A stretch of 64,000 bases of DNA from Chrysomallon squamiferum. Taxonomy: Eukaryota > Animalia > Mollusca. The position numbers and the translations under genes are program-made. The stretch lies in contig CM022671.1 in assembly GCA_012295275.1 (NCBI GenBank), positions 19,902,001-19,966,000 of the forward strand, read 5' to 3'. The notes beneath the pieces are model-generated. The model had not been told where the DNA came from. It saw nothing but the letters and a program-made list of their open reading frames with translations, and did not search any database. Positions 1-29,691 of this stretch are shown here, in pieces. How positions within the stretch are numbered: position 1 is the first letter of the stretch; each line of letters opens with the position of its first letter.

Positions 1-102
1 TAAAGATTGCTCATAACTTGATTTTGGCTCACAACTCAAAGCAAACAATCAACCAAACTACTGCTCATAACTCGAAAAACTTGTAAGTGAAGGTATCACT
101 AG

Positions 103-149
<47 letters not shown>

Positions 150-474
150 CACATAATTTTTTTAATTATTTTTGCATCCAAAAATTACAAAATATTATTC
201 AGACAGAATTTGTTGCAGATAATTTTCTAACCATCTGTTATAAATTACAAAAATGTGATCTTAAACAATTTCCCCAGCATATATGAATTTTGGTATAATT
301 ATATGGAAGTTCTCATTACAACTACCATCTTTTGAATTATAGTCATTATTCCAGAACAACTTAAAAATCAGATCTTTTAAAATTGAATTATATTTTCAAG
401 ATACAGTAATTAGAAAGAGAAGGAATGTTAATTAAAATATTCCTGTCTTAAAAAGAGAAAGCAATAAACCTGAC

Positions 475-2568
475 CTCTTGTAACCTCTTTATGGCACATT
501 TAGTATTTCTCAGAACTCCAAAATAAACTTTTCCAAAAGCTCCTTCGCCAAGCTTCCGGGTAACATCAAAGTTATTAGTAGCCTCAGATAATTCTCTAAA
601 GGAAAACACTGGGGTTCCAACAGTAACAGCAATGACGTTCTTGTTGTAAGCTGTTAATGGCTTCATGCTGCTGACTTCTTTAAGATTGCCTGAATCTGGA
701 GCAGAAGTTAAACTCTGAATATTTCTCTGATAGGAACTGGTAGAAGTTGATGTTTCAAATGAATTTACAGGCTTGCCTGATGACATTTGAAAACTCTTGC
801 TACTGGGCACAGAAATATTGTCTGAGAAGGAACCAGCTTTGTCTGAAGATGATGATGAAGAATTGCTTGGAAGTTGTTCTGAATCCTCTTGAGGCTCTCT
901 CTTCTTATCACTAATGCTGTCATTTGGCTGGAATCCTGGAATAACTTTGTCATGCAGCTGTTTCTGACCATCTGCTGTCTGTGTGTATATTTTGGCTGGC
1001 TTTGTCTTTGGATTATTGAAGTTCACATCGTTTGATCTTTTTGTCAAAGGTGGTCCAGGAAGACCTGAAAAATATTCACACACATTTTGAACATTAACTG
1101 TCCTATAATACTAACATAATGCTAAATAGCAAGAGGACTGATTTTGTAAGTCATTAAATTAAGTTCTGAAAATCATGATTAACTAATATAAAAAATATCA
1201 CATAGTACCAGCAAGTCATCTAACCTTTTATTCAGAATGCCCCAGGACAAATCTTTAATACTGTACAGGATATATTGATATAGACAATTTTTAAAATATA
1301 AATATTAAATTAAATATTACTTCACACACTCAGTGAAAAAAAATCAACTATTCCACATTTAGGCCTTTTGATATTTGTGAGCTGTTGACCTTTACTCAAA
1401 AATACAGAATTTGGTTACTGAATGAAGAATTCTTGCTGGAAAATCTACAATCAAATTAATTCATAAAAATAAACATAAAAAATCTGCAATCCAATCATTA
1501 ACATATTTTGTCAAACAATGTCACTCTAATTAAAAAAGAAGTGTTTTAAAACCTGTCATTTTCATGTCCTGTGGAAAGTTCTCTCTGGATGTCGTGGAAA
1601 ACAGTGATTTTTCTTCTTTTTCTGAATTTGGAATTTTAATTTCTTTGGTGTTTTTAACTGAAAGAATCAAAATCAAAGAATAATAATAATTTTCATCAAA
1701 ACAAGACTAATATCTCTTTTTTTTTCTTTTTCTTATAACAATATATAAACACAGTTCCAATTTTTATAATAAAATTTGATAGCATATAAAATAAGACCTG
1801 TGGAAAAAACAGACAAACAAAATCAATTGAATTATTTCATTTACATCATTAAAGTTAAGTGTATTTTCATATCGTTATCATTATTAGAAAAAATGATAAC
1901 CAAGACAGCATATATAATTATGATTTGATATTCAATAATTGTGCTGAGACACAACAGCTTGTTGTTTTAATCATCTTGTAAACATTTATCAAACATATTT
2001 CATGCCTTATGTTACAGTCAGCATATTAATACTAATAATAACAATAACAATAATAATAATAATAAAAGATTACATGATTTAAAGTAACATCATAGATTTT
2101 GATATAGATATTCCAGTTTACTGGAAAGTGAATGTATAAATAATTCACTGTTGCTGCCTGGTTAAAATAAATAAAGCAAAAGCAGGGGTGACAGCATATT
2201 TCCTGTCTTATAATCATTATCCATCTCTTAACGTCTAACACATTAACATTTAGCATTAAAATCTACTGATTTGTGTTATCTGATAATTTTTTGATTCAAA
2301 TCAATTCCATATTCATGTAAGGTTCTTATTATATCCTAGTATAATAAAAGTTTATTATACATAGGCATTTTTGTATAAAACTTACTATAATTTTCAATTA
2401 TTTTCATTTCTCTCAAACGGCCAATATTCTGAAATTTGAGATAAAGCCCCTCAGAGTTGTATTCCGACTGCCAAGATCTGATAAAAGAGCCCTTGTTTGG
2501 CTGCCTTCGTAACGATGATATTCAAGTTCAAATATCTTTATTTTGTCAAAACTATATCCAGCTTCCAG
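475..2568 (-). pseudogene. Inverted partial duplicate of the IRAK1/Pelle-like gene (exons 2-4), disabled in the death-domain exon
   Basis: 1-3121 is the near-identical reverse complement of about 9963-13090, introns included. Copy exons: 2568-2386 (183 nt vs 186), 1657-1553 (105 nt), 1064-475 (590 nt vs 560). Exon 2 has a 2-bp deletion just after the acceptor (ctggaagct vs ctggagaagct, giving GCT GGA AGC TGG ATA TAG) and a 1-bp deletion at about 2447-2450 (ctgaggggctt vs ctgagggagctt). Could alternatively be an uncollapsed haplotype. Confidence 0.75.
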
Positions 2569-2933
2569 CTAAAAAATAATGAAACATTAATTAGATTTAT
2601 GTGTGTGTGTGTGTGTGTCTGTATAAGCAGATAAATACATAGATAGATACATAAATAGATAAAAAGATAGACACGTATACAGATATAATTATATATACAG
2701 ATTTATGGATATATTGATAAAGATATATAATTATCTACACAATACTAATCATGAATAAATAAATAAATAAATAAATAAATAATACATGTAATAACTTCTT
2801 TTTTTTTTATTACAGAAAGATAAAAAAACAATAATTAACAAATTACTGAACAGAATGATTTCATTAATATGGCCACTTTTGATGCCAATCTAATATTTAT
2901 GACATTGTGACAGTAAAATTATAATTTGATGTT

Positions 2934-2985
<52 letters not shown>

Positions 2986-3121
2986 CACATATTTTGGAAT
3001 ATACAATCTATGTAACTATTAATATGTATAATTAGTGTGTGTATCAGTTTATACATGTTTACTATGCTAAACTGAAAGTAATCTACAATAACAACAAAAC
3101 AACAACAACATTAATAATAGT

Positions 3122-3321
3122 NNNNNNNNNNNNNNNNNNNNNNNNNNNNNNNNNNNNNNNNNNNNNNNNNNNNNNNNNNNNNNNNNNNNNNNNNNNNNNN
3201 NNNNNNNNNNNNNNNNNNNNNNNNNNNNNNNNNNNNNNNNNNNNNNNNNNNNNNNNNNNNNNNNNNNNNNNNNNNNNNNNNNNNNNNNNNNNNNNNNNNN
3301 NNNNNNNNNNNNNNNNNNNNN
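3122..3321. other. Assembly gap (200 N)
   Basis: Run of exactly 200 N. The round size suggests a scaffolding join of unknown true length. Confidence 0.99.
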
Positions 3322-3432
3322 ATGTATTAACTTTGTGTAAAACTTAAAGATCCATAAAAAAATTAAAAAGTGGAAGGTAATTCATCTATGTTTCTACTTA
3401 CAGTTTTACATAATCTATTTAATTACTTTCAG

Positions 3433-3609
3433 ACAAAAGCTGCTTATGTTCTTGTCTACCAACGACGGGTTTTACCTTCATCTTCACTTGCAACAAAAAC
3501 AAAAACAGCAGATGCCACTACAGAAGTATCAGAGAACAGCACAATAACCAATGGCATTGAGCCTTCAAATGTGTGTGATGGTAATGATGAAATGGACACC
3601 TCAACATGA
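3433..3609 (+). CDS. USP15: Last coding exon of a ubiquitin carboxyl-terminal hydrolase of the USP4/11/15 subfamily (upstream exons not in window)
   Basis: Acceptor tttcAG at 3431-3432, then TKAAYVLVYQRR..., the end of the USP catalytic domain (USP4/15 read T/SKAAYVLFYQR), followed by an acidic tail ending ...DEMDTST-TGA. Confidence 0.8.
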   Translation, partial: TKAAYVLVYQRRVLPSSSLATKTKTADATTEVSENSTITNGIEPSNVCDGNDEMDTST

Positions 3610-6405
3610 TACTGAATATGGGTAGTACTAGCCTCTCGTGTGATGTAACTTTTCTTCATTTCTTAAAAACTAGGTGTTGCCATTTACAAGTTTTTTAGGC
3701 TGAAAGTTTTAATTTCACACAATTCTTTACTTTGCAGCTGATTTTTTTTCTCTGGTATATCCATTTGAAAAAAAAAAATGTCTTGACAACTTACTGGTAT
3801 TTTGAATGGTATAAAGACATTGACTAGTTTTGTGTCTGTTCTTCTGTTTCATTTCAGATTTTTGTTTTCTCTTGTTGTGTCCACTCCATTTAACTGCATC
3901 TGGACATTGTGCATGTACAGTTTAAAAATTGATAACAAATCTGAAAACCAAACTATATAACAGAACTGACATTTCAAAAAAAAAAAAGGAATTGTGGTAA
4001 TTATTTCTTATTTTTGGATGGCATTTTGTTAGACTTATTATTTTTGTTTACTGGATGTTGAACTTTTCACACAGACATCTGAGAAGATCTGTTATGTGTG
4101 TCTCTCTGTTTTGTGTGAGGAAGAAAGGCATGCTATAAATTCTGCAACTTATTTATATGCACACATTGTTTTCTAGGTTAGTGTGTATTCAGAGTGATTC
4201 CACATTTTCAATAAACTATGAATGAAATCACCAACCAATGGTAGTAATAATAATAATTTGTCAGTGTATTCCTAATATGTAGATATTTATTTTACAAAAA
4301 TGATAACCAGTTAATCATTGTACTTGTTTTGCAGATGTTCAAAAGTACTAACATTAAATTATTATATTTAATCAGCCCTAAGATTCCAGAAAATGTGAGC
4401 TTCTAACTGCAGTTTAATTATATAAGTCACATTTTAGCACCTCATGGTTAATAAAAAAAAAATGAAAAAAAGCAATTCTTTATTTCATTTTCATCATCAG
4501 AAATACAAATTAATAAAAACAATCCATTTTCCATGTATTGGTTTTATCATATCAAGTAACTGAAGATGTGGTAGCTTGTTCAGTGTTTACCAAAAGGATG
4601 ACTTTAGTCAGTGGTGAAATGAAAACAAATATTTTTACTTCACACCAGACAATTGTAAACTGTGGATGCTATAACGTCATAAGAGAACTAACAAAGGGGA
4701 AATTTTGCACTTACAGTTGACAAAATTTTAGTGGCTTGTTTATTTAAAAAAAAAAAAAATTTTTTATTAATATATCTCTTTTTGGTTTTTCACTCACAAC
4801 CAGTGTCTCTTATTGTTATTACACCATACATCATGAACAGTATGAAATGTGTGGTTGCCAAAAATGATACACCATTGTTTCTTTTTTCTTTTTACAGGCG
4901 GGTGGTTAATAAAAATAATAAAATTGCCCTGCTAATTTTGATTTATGTTGGTCCCAATAATTATATCAGGATTTATGTTTGTTATTTAAAGTAAGGTGTT
5001 AACATTATGGCAGACCCTGTATAATTTTAGTTTATGCAAAGAAAAAACTGTGTAGCCTTAGTTTACGGGGGGAAAGAGTTATGAAATTGATTTTACCCTG
5101 TTGAAACAAAAGTTCAGATGTCTTATAAGATTTATATATAAATGGATTTCAGGAGGACATTAGAGTCTCGAATAGAATAATATACAGCTTCCCTTTACAT
5201 ACAGACTATTTAAGGCCATTATTAATTAAATGCTAGAGGTCCATCTATTTTTGTTTTACTCAGTAATATCAGTATACTAGTTGGAAATTGTAACAGCCCA
5301 TAATATGGAGAGAAAATTAAAATGTCTACAGGAAAAAAACATAAATGTCAATTTGATTTATACATAAAAATTGTTACCTGACAACAAAGGTAAAATGTTT
5401 GTAGATTTCAAAAGTTATATGATGCTGAAGGTTTTTCACAATCATTAGATGCCATTACATTACTGTCTCCTTAAAATTTACAAAATTTCTTTGAGAATAT
5501 GTTATAATACATAACCTCTATTTCACATTACTTGGTATCTTTAGCTACTTTCTTTGTATTGATATAGTTTTTTCTGACAGTGAACTATTCAAGCCATCAC
5601 AGAGTTTATCCTAAAAAGGATTTCATGCCCAGAAAGAAAAAATATCAAGTTTATAGCACCATGTTTGCCTGTGAAGTTGTTAACTGTTTTATTGTACAAT
5701 ATCACACCAAGTTATTTATGTAATTAATGTTACACCTGCATCTTGCATTAAAAGAAATATATTTTGTGAAATGGTATTTTCCTACTACAGTCCTATGTTA
5801 GACAGACAACAGTTTTATTCTAGATTAAGCATATCAGAAACTGAAAAAAATATTGATAATAATTCTTATTTTATTTTTTTTTTTTTTTTTTTTTATTATC
5901 ATTATTCTTTTTATTATTATTATTATTATTCTTTTCTTTTAGGGGGTATTTATTGTTTTCACTGATCTTTCTTATTATCATCGGTATCATTATCATTGTT
6001 TCCATTTTCTTTATTATTTCTATGAAAACAGGGACTACTTTTGATACATAAATTCAAAAATAATTACAGGAAAAATTAAATAAATTGCAGTAATGAATTT
6101 GGTTTGTTTTGAAGAAGCCATTGTGATATTTATAAATTTAATTTGTCAACATGTAAGTATGTAAATACCTAGGTGATTGCTTTGTAATACCAAGTGTGAA
6201 TGCCGTGTGATTTATTTATATCTGACACATTGAATAATTTCAAGTGAATATTATAAATTTCAGTAATTTATTACACGATGATATATATACTGTTTAAATA
6301 GCTTGCTTTTCGGCAGGTATACAAGTAGAAAGTGCATGCATTTTTCTTTTCTAAATCTGTTTGTTCATATATGTTTGTATTGATTATAACCTGTCCATTA
6401 ACTCA

Positions 6406-6411
6406 AATAAA
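6406..6411 (+). terminator. Candidate polyadenylation signal of the USP gene (about 2.8 kb 3' UTR)
   Basis: AATAAA followed about 20 nt later by a GT/T-rich tract (ttgtgttaactgttgtt). Other AATAAA hexamers occur earlier, so this is tentative. Confidence 0.35.
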
Positions 6412-8276
6412 GTTTCAATGAATATAATTTGTGTTAACTGTTGTTACTAAGAAGTGTTTCTAGCTCATTTTTTTTCTTCTGTTATTTATTTATTTTTTTT
6501 TTTTTTTTTTCCACTGTTGTTTTATCACTAAAGTGTACTTTTGGAAGTATGAATAAAAACTTAAAATAGAATTTTTATTATACTGTATATAATATTTTTA
6601 TTACTTCATGTTGAATACAGTTTCCTTATAATGAAGTATCAAATAATAGAATAGTTAGGAGCTAACATTGTTCTGCTTCACTTTGACACGTGAATAGCAA
6701 CGTAAAAAAAAAAAAAAGAAAAAAAAAAAATCATAAATCATAAACCTGAATATATGTTAAATGAATGAAGCACTCTTGTCTACTTTTCTTCTTTTTTTTT
6801 TTTTTTTTTATTTATTTATTTTATTTTATTTCTCCATCTATTACAATTTTCATGCATTACATCTTTTTTTTTTTTTTTTTTTTTTTTTTAATCATTAAAA
6901 CTGACAAAAGAAGTTAAAATTATTCATATTTATACATGTGCTTAGTGTGTATACAATGGGCTTGTCCAGGAATGTTGAAAACGTGTCTGTGCATATACGA
7001 TTTAAAGATGAAAGGAACTTGGATATAATTTCCCATGAATGGAACGTGGATACGAATTGTGCTCGTTTTGATCTACATAACAAAAGTTACAAAGTTTAGT
7101 GTGCGGGGGGGGGTATTTTCAGCTAGTATGTATTAAACATCTGAGTCTTTGATCCATTCTATTTATGAGTTAAGTCTATTGGAAGAGTTCCGAAATAAAT
7201 GCTTGTTACGACCGTACGTCTGCCATTATGTTGTTGCTATTGTTATTACTTACAGTAATTAAAATGGAGTTCAGAAAGAGAATTAATTTAATCTTGATAT
7301 TTTGAAATGTTTATCTATAATAAACGGAAATAGACGATTGATGGTTTTTGGTGTTTTTAAAAAAAGAAACTCATTTCATCTCGAAAATTTCATGTGTCAT
7401 AATAATTGTGTCGCAACCAAACACGCACCCACTCAGAGAGAGAGAGAAAGAAATAACTGAGATCGGTAACACTTTAACCAAATGAATTTATAAGTAAACA
7501 TGTGCATTGAATCTTGACTCACAGTAGTGGCGAGGGTGTTTTGTACCACTCGTGGAACAAACAAAAACGAAAAAAAAAACACCCATAAAACCAACAATTT
7601 AAAATGAATAAATAAATAAAATAACTACATTTGCATAAAATAATCGGAATAGAAATTTATATTTTATATTTTTTAAATAAATTTTTTGTATACAACTTTT
7701 TTTTTTTTTTTTAAAAAAAAATAATTTGCTTCATTTACCTCAATGTAGTTACGGCTATGATTACACATACCGAAAAGAATGAGAACTAATACATAGTACA
7801 CAAATTACACAGCTGAACGGAAGAAGGAAAAAGGAAACACATCCTTGTTTTGTCAAATAAAACATAGTCAATCAAGACAAAACATAAATTAAATAGAAAA
7901 TATTTCATTATCCACCGAGTTTTCATTAGTTTCATCAAATACAATGTAATTCTGTTTGAAATTATATTGATATAATACGATTTAATTGTAAAAACACTGA
8001 TACACAATGTAATACTTCTTATTTTAAAAATTGATATACAGTGTAATACCTTTTAATTGTTTAAAAAAGATACTGATATACAATATAATACTGTTTAATA
8101 ATATGATTTAACTGTATCAATTTAATTTAATTTAACTGTATATCATTGCTGTACGATTATTATTAACATGCAACTTAACATGAAGGTTATACTTTATTGT
8201 GAAATTATTGGCAAAATTTCACACATAACAGTCAATTATAGCTTTAATTTTAAGGGGGAAAATGCAGAGATAACCA

Positions 8277-8310
<34 letters not shown>

Positions 8311-8399
8311 CATGCGAGTACACTGTGAGTGAGTATGCATGTGTAAAATATAAAATCATATTTGTATTTGGGGGCACGTATAGTTATATATTCACACGT

Positions 8400-8443
<44 letters not shown>

Positions 8444-8831
8444 CATACACACACACACACACGATTTCAGACTTCACACGCACACACTGAATGTTCTGTT
8501 TAATAACAGTTATATCAACTATATAAATAAGAAATTATATTTCATGATTCACTTTCCAACTAGTGTTTTCGTGTTTATCAAAGGACATGCTTTCCAAAAT
8601 ATTCCTTTTATGGACTGATAACAGCGCGTCTCCTTTAAGCCTATTTCATTTATCGATATAAGGAAAAACAGAACGGACTAAAGAAGGAAGAAGAAAGCAC
8701 AGAGTTGCGTAATACGAATTAATTAATCGTTTATAATAAAACGTGAGAATGTGTTGTTAAATAAACCATTCATATTCTGAGTGTCTTTGTATCAACGACA
8801 GTAACTATATACCTTATAAATAAAGTACGTT

Positions 8832-9002
8832 GGCCTACCTATTTATATATAATTATATAAATGTAAATTTAAGGGAAAATTGGGAATTTCCCTTAAATTT
8901 ATATTGACATAATAAGATATAAATACATAACCTAACTAATGGAGAAAATTGGGAATTTCCCTTAAATTTACAATGACATAATTATATATAAATATGTAGG
9001 CC
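8832..9002. repeat. Three-unit fold-back/direct repeat (about 45-bp unit) upstream of IRAK
   Basis: 8832-8876 (ggcctacctatttatatataattatataaatgtaaatttaaggga) is a close inverted repeat of 8958-9002. 8889-8932 is a third, direct copy of the 8958 unit. Confidence 0.8.
8882..8961 (+). promoter_or_regulatory. Two NF-kB/Rel sites GGGAATTTCCC (8882-8892, 8951-8961)
   Basis: Perfect matches to the kB consensus GGGRNWYYCC, 69 bp apart and about 415-490 bp upstream of the IRAK ATG. Confidence 0.65.
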
Positions 9003-9279
9003 TATTTTTTATGATAAAAAATTAAGAACAGCAATAATAAAAATAAATAAATAAATATAATTATATATGTATTTACCAGTATATACCCCTCAGTATATTA
9101 TTAGTATATACCACTTATTTATATTATTATTCATAATTTAAAAAGATAATAATAAAAAAAAAATAATAATACAAAAATTATTTACTGTTATTATTATTAT
9201 TTTTTAAATCTCATCTCATAATTAGTTGTTAAAAGTTCTACCGTAGCGTAGTAAGAGCCAAATACGAATCACGATCAAC

Positions 9280-9287
9280 CCGGAAGT
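9280..9287 (+). promoter_or_regulatory. ETS/GABP-type motif CCGGAAGT in the IRAK proximal promoter
   Basis: Canonical ETS site about 88 bp upstream of the ATG in a locally CpG-retaining region. Confidence 0.5.
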
Positions 9288-9374
9288 AAATTTAATGAAT
9301 ATTCATGAGGTGAGCTTTTCCTCCAGTCACAATCTGTTTCCTATTATCGGTTTTTCAACTTGGAGCAGTACGAG

Positions 9375-18561
<9,187 letters not shown>

Positions 18562-21500
18562 TTTTTATATAGAATTAAAACCACTATTTGTCTTATCACA
18601 CGATAGGTTTTATTAAAAAATGTGTATTTTGTTTCACTAAATATTTGAGTTCTAAGTGCCTAAAACAGAAATGCTTCCACAAATAATATACTATGGTTGT
18701 ATCTTAGCTGTGTAAAATATTTTCGGCTTGGTTAATAAGAATGATATACTAAAGGAAACCTCATTTTACTTTATATTTTAACAGAATCACATTTTTACAT
18801 TTTTAAATTGTTACTACTTTAAATTTGAACATTTTTATTAGATGTTTCTTTTATTTAACACTTTTATATTACTGTTTAGATTAGAACACATTCTATTTTT
18901 CAGTTAATTATTATTAAAAATATGATGCAACTGAGCAGTGAATTTATACACAGGCTGTATATGTACATTAATTTATGAACAATCTGTTTTGAACATACGC
19001 TTAGAGGGTAAGAATTTATATATAATACTATCAGGCTGTAGCATTTATACATTTTTGTTAAATTTTTTTTATTTTTAAGTGATAACCATGGTGCTTGTTT
19101 CCAGTACCAGGTTATGTCATTCAGCATACAATTATTTTGAGCCTCATTATCAGACTTCCTAATGAATAAAACACTGTTAATGTTTAATTTGACAATATTT
19201 GTTTGAACTGAAGGATTTAATTATTTTTTATATTGTCTAATAAAATCAATACTTTAATTTAAAAGTAAATAATATATCAATTTTATTATAAACTGAAAAA
19301 TGTATTAAAAGAGTTATAATTGTTACTAAAACTTGAGAAATTAATTTGCAAGCATTATCAGTCACATCATTATATAAAATAATCAGTTTCAGCTGTCTGC
19401 TACTTTATGAATTATCAGAGCTCTTAGTCCTCACTATTTTTATTTTCTCTTGAAATAATCATCAAACATAATATTCTGCTGTTGTTGACACTAATAATAA
19501 TTTTTTGTGTCAAATGTAGTATTTTCTAAAATATTTATAAAAAACCATTTTTTAAAAATATTTTTTATTATATATACTTTTCCCAGTAGTTTGGATTGGT
19601 TGTGTCATTAAAAGTAAGGGAAAAAATAAAATAAAAATTAATAGAGTTAAAATAACAACTGGTAAATTATTAGGGCTTTATTTTAGTAAATATTTAATTA
19701 TGAATGTTTTATTTAGCCAGACTTTTATTTATTTTTTATGAAAAATGTATATGTGCACTCCATGGTATCTTTTCATAATTTGCTGCGATTGTCTTTTTAT
19801 CTAATTTTACAAGTGGCTATACTGTAATGATATAGTTGCATTTAATATTGTATATACTGTCATTACACAATCCATAACAGTTCTTGAGACTAAAATAAAT
19901 TTGGAAAAACAACAAAGATTTAATTTTAATTTTTTAATTTTTAAAAAGCTCATTAAATGTATCATTCCAGTATTAATTTAGTATGCTTTTATTACAAACA
20001 TTGATGGATTTATTTATCAGTCTAGTATACTTTTTAACACTGTGTACCTCTAATTTTGTTCTAGAAAGACAGTTATAGATACTTCCTCTACAATTATTAG
20101 AAAATGTCTCATTTTGGCCAATACAATCATTTAGGATAGCTTTATATATTTCCAGAAATGTTATTACACTGGGAATAACAAATGGCAGCAAGCTATGCAA
20201 CAAATTCAGACACCATGATTAGATTACTTTCCCCAAGAAAAATACAGAATAATATTTGTTAATTTGTGTAGTGTTTTGAACACTGAGGTAAATTAGTGAT
20301 GATAGATATTTATATATTACCAAAAACCAACTAGATTTTTGGGGGATTACTTCCAAGTAAATAAAATTTATTACTGAACACCAACTTGTTAATAATTAAG
20401 CTGGATGAAATAATAAGTGTGTAATGATGCTTAGAGGCTGACATGTTAGGTCACAGAAAGAACAGTGAGAAAAAGAAAAAAAAAAGGTAATAATAAAAAA
20501 AGTAAATAAAAAAAAAATCATTTCCAAAAGGAAATTGGCAGATTCTTTTTGATCATCATTTAACTGTCAAACTTTATTATCAGCAAAATTGGTGTGCAGA
20601 ATCAAAAGTATGATTAAAAATGTACAAAATAAGTAATAAACAATTTTATCCTTTTATTACTATGTATGATCTGTTTGGCATATTAAAATCAGAGAGTAAT
20701 ATTAAATTTCTTTCAAAATATGCATGACAATCACAACTCTGTATTATGTGTCAGTCTAATTAAACATCTGATGATGATTTTGATTGTTTTGAGTATTTAC
20801 AAGAAAAATATTAAAGTAATGGTAAACTCACAATAAGTGATTTAGAAAAGTCTGGTTGGTATTGCAACTAGTGAAATTGTCATGTTTTGTCTTTAACATG
20901 TAATTTTATTGTAAATTTATAGTAATTTTCACCTTATTTCATCAGTATACTTGTCATTAAATGATTTTTTTTTTTTATACATGGTTATTTCAAAGTTAAA
21001 AATAAAACAGGTTTATTATTTATCTATTTAAAAATCAGTAACTATCAGTAAAGATTATATTAAAATGTTAGCTGTTATTAAAGAAACATTCCTGATTTCT
21101 GAAACTTAAAAATAAAATAAAAAATTTAATATTAAAATATTTGGATTCTTTTAAAATGGCAGACTCCTTCAGATACACAAATGTTGTGATTTAAAATAAA
21201 AATATTTCAAAATATCTTCATGTATATTAAGAAAATTAATGAAAAAAATATACATTATTGGTATCTTATTTTGTTATTTTTTTATATCATTACTGAATTA
21301 AGCATTAAACAATTGTTCAAGAGAGAGAGGTTAAAAACCTTTTTTTATTTTATATGTAATTGTAAAAAATGGCAAACCAGTAATAAAATTATTAACAAAT
21401 ATTAACCTGGTGTTGTTGATCCTAGTTATTAATTGTGTTTCAGAAGACGATTGCTCACATAATTAAAGTAACAGTACCATCAATTTTCTCACCATTTTAA

Positions 21501-22493
21501 TCATAATTTTTAAACATCTTTACAAAATGTATATATACTAAATGTACATACAGATATGTGAACTGTTTCACGTCATGTATAAAACCCTCCCCTGTGCCTA
21601 AATCACATAAATATCTGTTTCTTTATATTTGATTTACATTTTGTGTTAGAAATACAAAACAAGTATTTGGCATGAATCCATGAACATAAATAAAGACAGA
21701 AGAAGAAAATTGTGATTACTTCATGAGAATACATTTTTTGTTTTAAACCTGGCCTATCCATTATTTCATCTGCAATTCACTGTTAATTACATTATATAAA
21801 ACACTGCAGTTATATCTTAGTTGATATAAGAATATATGAATCCCTACTTAAAATTAATATTCTATGCTTGGTTGAAAATATTTTTTAATTTATATAGTCT
21901 ATATATCTTAAAACTTAATTTTTGGTATTTAAAATATTTTGTTGCTGCCGTTTTAATCGACTCAGAATTGTATATAAATCCCTATCTTGTTGAACTAGAA
22001 GCTGGTCAATAACTGATCAAGCAACATATTTTATTTTTCTGCAGGACAAAAAAGAAGATAAATGACGATTTTTAATAGTGATTGATTATACATACATGCA
22101 ATCAACACAGAGAGTAATTTACAAGGTACACACAACAGAATAAACAGAAGGAAACTATATAGCAAAAAATATTAATAAATACTAGTAGAAAAAAAAATCT
22201 CATTAATACTATAATTTATTCTATAAAATAATGTATATAATTTTATTTGAAATAAATGTAAAAAAGAAATATCCACATTAACATCCCATAGATTCCAGAG
22301 ACAAATGATGCCAAACAATACGACAGCTACCTATCAACATAATGTGTCTTTATTTCTTGCTTTCGGCCTGAAAAATGACATCATTCTTTGCTTTTGGATG
22401 TGGTTGAAATCAAAGCGCATAGAGTCTTCTCTGTTATTTATACAAAAAATGATGCACAATGATGTACTACTTTTATATTCAAGTTTAATGATT

Positions 22494-29691
<7,198 letters not shown>

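Noticed and set aside
2386-2568. Compensating frameshifts (-2 and -1) restoring a functional exon in the IRAK copy
   Set aside because: The shifted frame meets TAG five codons in. Using the alternative aag|ct acceptor, the second deletion leads to TGA. No open path through the exon was found.
3039-3347. ORF spanning the N run
   Set aside because: Artefact of translating through the assembly gap.
6956-7099. 47-aa ORF MGLSRNVENV...SYKV*
   Set aside because: No recognisable motif or splice context; more likely part of a dispersed repeat.
8250-8618. Overlapping ORFs with CV/HT/RE/SL repeats (also 13527-13856, 42358-42570, 48919-49172)
   Set aside because: Translations of microsatellites and low-complexity intronic or intergenic DNA.
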